Shown: positions 53,827 to 64,000 of the stretch, in pieces
Layout of the letters: each line of letters begins with the position of its first letter
Position numbering within the stretch: the stretch's first letter is position 1
Assembly (NCBI GenBank): GCA_051362555.1
Contig: CM120646.1
Span: 20,584,001-20,648,000 of the forward strand
Reading direction: 5' to 3'
Source of the DNA: Lingula anatina
Taxonomy: Eukaryota; Animalia; Brachiopoda
Length of the DNA: 64,000 nucleotides
Program-made: the position numbers and the translations under genes
Notes under the pieces: model-generated
Told to the model about the DNA's origin: nothing
Seen by the model: only the letters and a program-made list of their open reading frames with translations
Database searches by the model: none

Positions 53827-55013
53827 AATGTCCTGCAAAGTATTGCCGTCGGTTACAAGTGCTGTCGATTGGAGGAACCCTTAGGTAGTAAAGGTATTGT
53901 ATTGTCGGATTTTAGTAACTGCATAAAAAAAATCGATCAGTAATAAGAAATATGAGAAGGCGTATTATTCAGACTTCTGTCACTTTTCAGAGAAAGGACA
54001 TGTTTAACTTGTTTGGTGTTGGCTGGGCATCAGATTGTAAGACTCTTTTACAATCTGGACTGAAACCTAGTGTTGAAATAAACAAGCCTTCATTTCAGCC
54101 AAATGATAGTTTATCTTTTTTATTACGAAATTAATATCTATTATAATACATAACATTCTAAAGCAACTTACTTGTGCGTAGGACTGAGCTAGGAACGTAG
54201 GACGGTGCAGCAGGAAGTAGACATATCTAACTATATACCATGGCAAAGGGCACAGTTGTCCAGTAATCAAGAGAGAATACATTTCAAATTACATGTGTCA
54301 AGAACGAATAGTTTTGTATCAGAAAGAAAAAAAAAACACGTGAAAAATTAGATGAGATTAACATATCCTATTACATGTAAATCATTATCAGCCACTAGTG
54401 TCTCCTAGCTATAACAAAGTGAATCTTACTATTACCAAAGAACAGTGTATAACAACCTGGTCACAATCGTACATGCACAAGCTATGATCCGGTATGTCGA
54501 CGAACAAAGACAATGGAATATATATTCTGATTTACATACAAGAATGGACAAAAATAGCTAAGATACATTAAAGGATAGTTACATATATATTTCTATCACA
54601 AGATTAATAATTATAACAAAAAATTATTCTTATAAGGGACATTCCATTTAAACAGCGCTATGTGCAGTATAATTTAAGGCCTAAAATTACAGTTAATTAA
54701 GATCTAAAAATGACAAATTGAAATCTAAAATGACAAACTAAGAGATACGTATTACAAAATAAATTACGTACTGGAGTCCTACAAATATGATTCTAAGGGT
54801 AACTGGTGAAAATTACAAAATTAAACATATTTTGGTTCTTGTTTTGTGACTGCCTCAAGAACTAACCATAAAGTGTTAACAAAATTCTCATAACAGTAAC
54901 GTTTATAAATAATTATAACTAATTTTTATAACAAATATAAAGTATTTAGTCAATAATATTATGCTTCACTTATCACCTTGAAAAAAAAAATACATATATA
55001 GTTATATATATAG

Positions 55014-55047
<34 letters not shown>

Positions 55048-55345
55048 CTCGCAGTCAACTAAGGTGTTCTATACAGTTATGCATGCATGTATATCCTGGA
55101 TAACTTAAACACGGTTGTCAGTGGAAAACAGAATTTGTGACCTTTTATTTCTCAGAAACATTTCAAATAAATGTTTTGAAGTGTTTTCATTTATAAATTA
55201 TTCTTCGAAATTACGAACAATATTTTGCTTCGAGAATGCTAATGCACGTAGATAATCTTTAATCTGGGGCAGGCGGCTTTGAGATACCAAGATTCCCATA
55301 TTTCTGACGGTCTGAGGCGACCCCTTCCTCTTGGAGACACTTATA

Positions 55346-57145
55346 CTAGTGCATCTCATTCAATGGATGGACTCTGTTGTGAAGTGATCTACAATCGCAA
55401 CTGCAGTTTCCGGGAAGAAACATCGTTGACATTTCTTTACGAAAACCTCTGTGTGTCGCCAAGTAAATTGGCAGATTGACGCAATTATTGGCGCTCTTAA
55501 TACTGTAAAAAATGATAGCAAGATTCTGTATAACATCGTCGCGCATTAACCCTAACGCTCCCATCATAACCGCTACTGCATGTGGGAGACACAGGGTGAG
55601 CATTGCTATAGTGTTTACTGAAACAGCCACGCTGACTGCATTCTGCTTTTGTTGTGATGTTGAAGAAACAGGTGGCTGATTATTGCGGGAACAGACCGAA
55701 CGGAGGAGAGAGATGGCGGAAAACAGTTGCAGCACCAATGGCAGACAAGTGAAAACTATTTCAATTGGCACTGCCCAGATACGCATCTCCACTCGATGTA
55801 CGGTAGTGAGATATCGAGGGACCGCCATAACAACAGCGCTTATCAGGCCCAAAGCAGGGACTGCTATTTTGTTCATCAAGTTTATCTGCTTCTTGCGAGA
55901 ATACACTTTTACGGGGTGGATTATGACGAGAGCCCGAAACACCGACATGTATGTTAAAACGAGAAAAGAAAGATAACTGCAAATGCCCGCCAAAGAATTA
56001 CTCACGCATAGAACATCATCGTTATATTCACCAAGTCGGTAAAGGTTACGAGACAAGATTGAGGCAAAATGATACGGAAAAAGACATATCTCCGACAACA
56101 GATCAACCGCAGATAGAACAATAAAAAAGCCTAAAAAATTCGTGTCTTTCCTTGCCTTTAGTCGAATCCAGATGCTCAAGTTAATTACATTGGTTACAAC
56201 CGACCAAGCCCTAACAACATAACTGATGTAAACTAGTTTCTGATTCGACGCAGAAACCAGAGATAATGATTTGTATCTACAGTCCCATCGTATACGAGAA
56301 AACATAGACAGTCCTTTCGACAAACGTGGTCTTTTTTCGTGGTGCAATCCCTTTCCATTCAAACGCGTTTCATTTTCAAAATATGGTCCGTTGCCAATGG
56401 GCTCAAACGCACCGTTATCCCAGTTGGGACTAGTATCATTCAAATTGTCTGGCGTTGACAGAAGTCGCCTCCGGCGGTTGCCATTTTTTCTTGTGATAAG
56501 TTGGAAATCGTAATAATACCGCTGCCACCAACTGTGTTTACTGTACTGAGGACCGGCCCGAAGGTTATACACTTGGGGTGCAACATTCCATCCACGTAAG
56601 CCTTCCTTGGTTTGCGTACCATGGTCAGGTAGCGTGTTGGTACCATGGACGGGTTTCGAGAGGAATGGCGTAGGAAACGCTTCTGCCTGCCCAAGGCTCC
56701 ATTTCAGTTTGCCAAGAGAATGGTTGCCAATTATCTCGGACTGTCCAAGTACCTACGAATGTAAAACTAGAATGTAGGAATAATGGCATATTGGATAAAT
56801 GAAGACTTTAAAGACAAACCTACAGACCAAATGAGACCCGGGGGGGGGGGGGGGAGGGCTGCACCGCTATCAATCTTTAAGAAACCGCAGGGAAGGCGTG
56901 CGGCAACTGCACTGAGACCAAAAAGGGCACCGTACGAATTTTTGAAACGACAAACTCTACCTGAGGTGAAAGTCATCTCGGAGTAACGGCACAGTACCCG
57001 CAAATAATGTAAAAAAAAAAATTCCTCGCCGTAGGCGCTTACGATGTGATAAAAAAACGCCTCAAATATCGTAATATATCAATTCACGACGTCAGTGGTA
57101 ACCTAGGCTAAATTAGAGAAAAAATAATTATGAACTGAAAGGCAG

Positions 57146-57185
<40 letters not shown>

Positions 57186-58617
57186 CTGAATTGTCAAACT
57201 TCCTCCTCTGCTCTGACCAATGTCAAGATGCAGATAAGAGGGGATTACGAAACCCGCATCAGTGATTTAACGCATATTTTCTTTTTTTAACTCAGAAAAT
57301 GGTCCCTCATACATACAGTGTCAGTAGGCGACAAGACAATACATTAACACATGACAGTGCATTATAACTCTTGGTTGGTCACTGTACTGATTAAAAAAAA
57401 AAAAACTAGCTAATCTGATTAACGATTTTTAAATCCTTTGAGTTTGTCCAGTAAAAAAGTCCTTTTTATTTGATTTCCCACTAAAAATTGCTCGCCGTAG
57501 CCACTTGCGATGTCCAAAAAGTCGTGCGAAAAATTGTTAACCACTCCATCGTAAGCCGCCCATGGCAAATAAAACCTAGGCGTAAATTGAGAATAAGTGA
57601 TAATGAGGTGGAAGGTAGGCGACAAGAATGTTCAGAGCATATCACACCTAATAACTTGGCATATTCTGATATAGCTCAGTATTTTCATATGTGTAAGGGT
57701 TTGAATGAGAGGCATCGTGAATACATGTACATACAGCGATGCATGTAGTTATTTATTTGCCAATTTAACAGAAATTGCAGTTACTTTTTTGCGTTAATAT
57801 ATAATAGTGTTAGAAGTAACATAGGCAACGCTGTTATTATGTAAGAATAAAACTTAATCAATTTATTATTATTATTAAAATAACAATACTTTAAATCAAC
57901 AAATATTTAAAATAACTTTAATACAATTCAGGATATGCTTTGGTCAACAAACTTTAACGAGATTAATAGTTAGTATAGCTATTTCAATATCCAAAATGAA
58001 GGAACTATCCTACGTGTATTTCATTTGCCTGTCAACTCTTTCATTACATCAAAATAGAAACTGTTATTAAATAATTTGCTACCCTATGTTGTTCCTCTGA
58101 TATGACAAATTTAAGGCTTAGTTTCACTGAGATCGTGCTAGTTTTAAATATGTGGGAAAAACATTTTTTTAAAGCTAAAGCAATTAAATGTGTCTTAAAA
58201 CTGAGTACTTTATCTCATATCTCTACAACAGAAACACTGCGCGATTTGTACAGCCGTCGTATTCACTACACGTACACACGCACACGCACACGTGCTTCAC
58301 TGCGTGTATTCATAATAGGTGAGGCAGCTACCCCAAAACAATAGAATCGGGATAAGAAGGCTGTGCTCCATCTTGTGTCATACGCTTTTGTAAATTGAGT
58401 CATGTAAGAAAATAATAATAAAGAAAATTAAAAAAACTAAGATTCAAAAGATTTAACAAAACATGCTATGGCAAATCTGAATACAGACACTATCGTTATT
58501 GAGATTAGATTTCAATTCAAGGAAAAACGCTCACAGAAAAAGATAGTGACAGAGAAAAATGTTGCTTACCTGAAAAAATACCCATGATAACCAGATCAGC
58601 GAAAATGGAGTCTTCAT
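55346..58617 (-). CDS. Rhodopsin-class (class A) orphan GPCR with signal peptide and long N-terminus, ~484 aa
   Basis: Exon 1 58570..58617 (MKTPFSLIWLSWVFFQ, donor CAG|GTAAG) joins in phase 0 to exon 2 55346..56752 (VLGQSEII...). Seven hydrophobic segments: TM1 VVTNVIN, TM2 LSAVDL, TM3 C..MSVFRALVIIHP, TM6 LCLPHA, TM7 NNCVNLPIY, then helix 8 GFRKEM. Confidence 0.85.
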
Positions 58618-59810
58618 GACTCTATTTGACATATATATATACACAGTGATCCAAGTGTATTGGTGATGGTTTTCACAGTTTCACGTGTAGTTCTCAATTG
58701 TGCCGCCGATCAGTGCTGAACCTCTGCCTTGACGTTATCTGTGAGGAATGACACTCTGTATATTTTCATTGCAGGTGTGATGTGTCAATACTGAACTACA
58801 AAGTGTAGTTGAATGCCATCGAAGAAATAGATTAAGACGTGTCAGACATAAACCAAGGCGCGTGTGACACGCGAATATACGCGATCGAAGTGTGTTATTC
58901 AAAACTAATTAAAACTGAAACTGCAGGATGGTTTCATCTGTTCAGTTGGCTTGTATGACGGCATGCAGCATGAAGCTGTAGGATCGTATCTCCACGTAGT
59001 TATTTGTCGACTTATGTATCTCCTCCTCGCTCTATGCACATCTATCTTGGACAATAAAATGTCGCTGTTTGTATCACTCAACACCTGCGGCCAGTTGAGT
59101 GACGACGTCAATAAATCGAAAATAATAGAGCTGGATCTCTGTAATGACACATACAAAGATCTTTTTTTTCCTCTTTGCGAACAGAATATATTCGCCACAC
59201 TAAGGTACATGTAAGCTGGCGCAAACCTGCCCATACGCGTCTTTGCTTATTAAATGTTAAGATTTTAGAGGTTTCAGGTGTGTTTGAAAGGCTTTTAAAG
59301 ATGCATTTGAAGTCATATTTTTGACACAAAACCAAATGCCAACATACAGTTTCGAATAGTATAACTTTGAGAAATGCAATATTTACCGAAAGAAAAGATA
59401 TTTGAACACTTTTTTCTGTGCTATATGTATATATACCTATACAGTAATAACCTTCTCCATTTTCGGCAACTCATTTGAATAAGTATGCAGCCACACCCAT
59501 ACATTGGAGTGATTATGCAAGGCTTAGTTTCACTGAGATCGCGCAGTACTATGTTTTTCGGTGGATTTTCACAAACATTAGGAACGGATAAGTAGGCCAT
59601 GTTTACGATCAGAAATTCGAAGAAGGTGCAGTGTTAAATCTTTTTTAGGTTAGGAGAGAGTAGTTTAGTTCACTTGGCATGTCGACTTTATTTGAGCAAG
59701 GAGTTTTAATAACAGCTCTGTGATTTGAGTAGCATGAGGTATTAGTAAAAGTGGTTTATATGCGTTATAGGCATTTTCTTCTATTCCTTGGCATGTCGAC
59801 TAGCTGTGTA

Positions 59811-59952
59811 TCAGTACGCATTTCACAGTATCAGACGGGACACCGCTCTTGCATAGTACGCGATGAGATAGTGACGATTCTCAGCGGGGTTGAAAAGTAT
59901 TGCATCACCACTCAAATTTGTTCGGGGTATGATACTGTGAAATGCGTACTGA
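59811..59952. mobile_element. Short inverted-repeat element (MITE-like)
   Basis: TCAGTACGCATTTCACAGTATCA and TGATACTGTGAAATGCGTACTGA form 23-bp perfect inverted arms. Confidence 0.6.
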
Positions 59953-60234
59953 CTCACACCTTGAAAACGGGTAGTGTGGTCCGATCTACCGGTGAATTCG
60001 GGATCATTCGGTGCCGAGTCTGGTAGTTGGGTAGGCCTGAAGCTGCTAAACGATAATTAATTACCTCCTAGCAGCTTCAGTAGGCATGGCAGACATCCAA
60101 ACCGCTTAAGTTAATTGCAATTTAGCGGGAATCCCCTCGGAGATAGATCGACCCACTGTTACTACGATAGGGTCTGGGAATGGTCACTTTGTCACGCAAT
60201 CTGGATAAGATTGGATAAGGCATCCTATGGTAGG

Positions 60235-60545
60235 CGACCCACAACTACACTGACCAAGTGCCGGCGGCCATTGGCTAGGAGAGCAAGTTCGGCCACTGGT
60301 AGCCCGGAATCGCCGTCATGTTAATCGACATATGTTCTCATTGGACGACCTCTCTTGAACTTCCCAGTTGCAGACCTCCAAGTCACTAAATAAGAAGCAG
60401 GTTTATCATCATGACTCAGTAAATGCCCCTCCAGTAGCAGGCGGCGAGTCCGGATCTTTTGTGATATGATAGTCAGCCTCCCATAAAGTTGCCGGTTGGT
60501 CATCTTCTGTGCAGCAGACACCCCCTTAGACATTCTTAGCATCCT
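60235..60545 (-). mobile_element. RTE-clade non-LTR retrotransposon, decayed ORF C-terminus
   Basis: MLRMSKGVS..QKMTNRQLYG....ISQKIRTRRL...GH.......ASYLVTW.....KRGRP..TYVD*..DSGL.V.EL, the typical RTE ORF end. Confidence 0.75.
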
Positions 60546-61260
60546 TGGTCCGGTTTTATCAAGGTTATCCAGTGGTTAACAATGCTTATCCAGAGGATAG
60601 CAGCGTTTTATCAACAGTGGATAGTAGTATGCGGGGATAAATCAGAAGATAAAGTTGTCCACTTGAAGTAGGTTGAATAAATCTGCTATCATCAAAAATG
60701 GCGGACCTCCTTGGGTTGGCAGTATCTCCTCTGATATTACAATGACATAGAATGATAAGAGAGAACTTTCAGAAGAGGTGTGTTTGCTTTTGATGCTTTG
60801 TGTGATACCATATCCATTGAAAGGTTGCGCGTCAGCAAGGACTCTATTGATTATATTACAGACTTGATCAAAGATGAAATCGCCCCTGCTACGAACACAT
60901 CGCAAAGCAATTTCCGCGAGAGATAAAGTGATGATTGCTTGGCGATTTTACGCTACTTGATCGATGTTGCTTGTCACCGGCGACACTTACTCAAGTCCTC
61001 AGTTAGTCCGATAGTGGCTCGTGTGCCAGAAACATTTTGCAGTATAGACGATTTTATACACTTTCCAATTAGACCAAATGCCGAAGAAAAAGTGAGGAGA
61101 GTTTTTTTTTTTCTAGACGGGAAGAATGCCCGGTGTGATCGACGGCACGCACGTCAAAATCCAGGCCCAATCAGAAAAAGAACCAGACTTTGTCAACAGG
61201 AAATGTTTCCATGGCATAAACATCCAAGATGTGTGTGACCACAAAGGTAAATATCTTTTA
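60546..61260 (+). mobile_element. PIF/Harbinger transposon remnant (HARBI1-like DDE transposase pseudogene)
   Basis: Subterminal TTATCCAG/GGATA repeats at 60546..60640. Frameshifted transposase segments 'AISARDKVMIAWRFYAT' and '[39 protein letters not shown]' (DDE_Tnp_4 motif). Confidence 0.85.
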
Positions 61261-61824
61261 TGTGTGCATGAATTGAGAGGTGTCTCTGGGGCTAGTTTGC
61301 TGTCAGCAATTTCGTGATTTCTTAAATTACAACAGAAATAACGTAACAAAGTACGAATTCAAAATACAGAATCAGAAGTTTATTGACAATTGCCCTACAT
61401 CCAGGCATAGTCAAATACAAATACAAGAAGTAATCCGCAGAGTGATTACCGTAAATAGTTAGATATACATTATCATGTCTTAACTAATGCAGGGAAAGGA
61501 ACGAGAGGTGAAAAAAGTACAAGTACTACACAATATAGATCAATATAACTAACTAGAATAGGCTACATTAAACCTTATATTAAACTAAGTATTGTTTAGG
61601 GGATAGGGCATCGTCAATTTATCTAGATTTTATTCAGCATGGATGCTATTTTCATATTCCTAGATACATATAGTTAAATATTTTCATATGAATGATACTC
61701 ATGTTTGGTACATCATTTACAAGTTTAAGATATAATTTTAAGTTTCAGCAAAGATGGATGGAAAAAAGCCTCTGAGACTCCTCTCAATTCATGCACATAT
61801 AAATATAAGCTATTGGACACAATA

Positions 61825-61877
<53 letters not shown>

Positions 61878-62005
61878 GGATTGATGTGGGATGAGATTAT
61901 CAATGTTAGAAAAGTTTCCCAGGGAGCTTGGCTCTTATTAAACAAGATCCAGATGTTTCTTCCCTAATTTCAGTCAGGATGCCTCCTTTTTGTTTTTCAC
62001 ACTTA

Positions 62006-62220
62006 GAGGGCATTCCCAGAGATTTAGATCGATCTTACTAGATCGACCTAACTCCCTGGGGGTTCACGCTAAATTGCAGTCAGCCGACCGCGCACGGAAG
62101 TTAATTACCCCCTTACAGCCTGTAGTAGGCGGGACGGACATTTAAGCCGGATTATCTGACAGTAATCTAGTGAGACTCCCAGCGGGGATAGATCTATCTA
62201 AAATCTATGGGAATGCGCCC
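62006..62220. mobile_element. Tourist-like MITE with TTA target duplication
   Basis: TTA-GAGGGCATTCCCAGAGATTTAGATCGATCT ... AGATCTATCTAAAATCTATGGGAATGCGCCC-TTA. Confidence 0.65.
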
Positions 62221-62694
62221 TTAGACTTAATTACTTCCAAGCAGCACTTGTGAGAAGGAATTTGGGAGTGCAACCTGATTGGACAGTGCCACTTGGCCTC
62301 TGTAAGACCAGCCAATCAGAGGCATATCAGTTCAGTTACTCAGGGGAAAGTGACTTTGAGTTTGATACTCACGAAAGTACTAGTAAATATATATAGATAC
62401 TAATCCCTGTCGAAAGTATGGTGTACTGGCGCTTGTCTCAGTTTTTCTTGGTTTTGAATAACTTTTCTAAAATTCACCATAAAATTTCTTTCCTGAACAA
62501 TGAACTACTGAACCTTGTGAATTTTTTTAGAGATTTGAGGGAGAGCCCTCACTTTCTCCTGTGGTAGCTCCCTACAGAGCGGGTACAATGCCATTTGCGC
62601 GAGTGCAGATATAATTGCTCCCATCTGGCCAAAAGGTATAGAGGATGGAAACGTGGAAAAATGTGCCTATAATATCTGTCATCCTGGTAGAGGG

Positions 62695-62882
62695 TAGTCA
62701 ATGGCTGTCACGAAGAGATATGGTGCAAGTTTGTCTTCCTGCAAGACTCCACCAGTAATGTCGAACACGTTAGTTTCCCCGTGTGGTGAGAGAACCTTTG
62801 CTCTTGTGCCTGTGTAGGTGTCTCCCATTTCCTCAACGATCTTGTCTGGAATTCTCTAGGCGCTGAAGAACCTCATTGTCAC
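62695..62882 (-). mobile_element. RTE-clade LINE reverse transcriptase fragment
   Basis: The minus strand reads MRFFSA*RIPDKIVEEMGDTYTGTRAKVLSPHGETNVFDITGGVLQEDKLAPYLFVTAIDY, the GVLQGD.LAP.LF RT motif region. It is absent from the ORF track. Confidence 0.75.
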
Positions 62883-64000
62883 ACAAGGCGAGGTATATTT
62901 CCAGAATGTGCTTTGAATAAACAGTTCAAAACGAATGTTCTTCTTTCAATTCTACCCCATGTTGAATTCACATGCGATGAAAAAAGAAACATAGCATAAT
63001 TCATATAACAATTTTATACCCCACACGCATTCACTTTACCAATTAATTAGCTCACACCTTGATGACTTTATGTGTAGAAGAAACATATTTTAAGCTCGTT
63101 TTTTTTTTAAAGAATAAAGTGTAGCTGGATTACCATCTACCATGGCCACGTGGTTTTTCTCTAGATTTTTATAGATATGTCCATGGCAAATGTCTCTACT
63201 ATGAGAGGGGAAAAGTGGAAAAGTGGGCCTGGTAGAGGGTATTCCTGTAGACGGTGTTTATTTAAGATACAAAAATGATACTTCAAATGAAAAATGGGAA
63301 TATAACTTTTAATAGGCATGGTAAATTTCGGTATTTTAAGCACAATATTGAGGGAGATAAATAAGCCCAAATAAATGTATTTCAATACAGCAAACCTGAC
63401 GCAGTAGTAAAGCAAATTTGACCATGCGTCGTGCACTTATCATTATGATACGATCGCTTGTTCCGTGATCTTCAAAATGTTCTTATTCCAAGTGCATATA
63501 ATATTGTAAGTTGTTTCAAAGACCGCCTGTGGATCTGCGTATACCAATTACTGTTGTTGGTCTTTGAGCGATCATATTTCTCTATATGTTGCCTTGAGAA
63601 TAAATACAATTTAACCTGTCTATAAAAAGGTATATTTCTCATATGCAGTCAAACGTTCATGCCTAAGAATTGAATCAGAGGAAACCCCATTTACATACAA
63701 AAAACAGCATAACCTCACCAAGTATGAACTGATCAAACTAATTTTCGAACTTGACCACTGTTTTATGAATATTCGTAAGTTCAGTAAGTTTGAAGACAAA
63801 AGGTAAAACGGTTTTCATTTTATTTGTATAATGGTGGATAAAATAAGTTTTTGTATTTTTTAAATATTCTGTATTTTTTAAATATCTATTAGTGGTGTAT
63901 ATTTGACGACAAAAGGTGAAACGGTTTTCATTTATTTGTATAACACTGAAAGTGCACGGCGACGGTCACGATGACGACGACAGACAGACAAAAGCGACGG

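Noticed and set aside
52774-55346. Functional ligand-receptor link between the CTHRC1-domain genes and the adjacent convergent GPCR
   Set aside because: Adjacency alone is weak evidence in animal genomes, and nothing in the sequence links them.
56440-56694. Separate 84-aa minus-strand ORF suggesting a frameshift in the GPCR
   Set aside because: The GPCR frame itself is open up to the acceptor at 56752, so no frameshift is needed.

Overview
AT-rich, intron- and microsatellite-rich animal DNA, probably a marine invertebrate such as a mollusc or other lophotrochozoan (taxon is inference). I rebuilt six spliced genes by hand from GT-AG sites and phase-consistent exons. (1) The 3' part of a FASTK/RAP-domain gene resembling TBRG4/FASTKD4 (+, <1..6647). 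(2) An SLC34/NaPi-II sodium-phosphate cotransporter (+, 17599..25620). (3) A 9-exon sorbitol dehydrogenase (-, 27293..31366). (4, 5) Two intact tandem 11-exon paralogs (+, 34137..43862 and 44974..52774), each encoding a 602-aa secreted protein: signal peptide, PAN/apple-like domain, EGF-like unit, then three CTHRC1 C-terminal domains with no collagen repeat. (6) A two-exon rhodopsin-class GPCR with a signal peptide and a long ectodomain containing an RRRR site (-, 55346..58617). The rest holds a decayed Tc1/mariner element, RTE-LINE and Harbinger remnants, many MITEs and tandem repeats. The best candidate for an undescribed system is the collagen-less, triple-CTHRC1-domain secreted gene pair.
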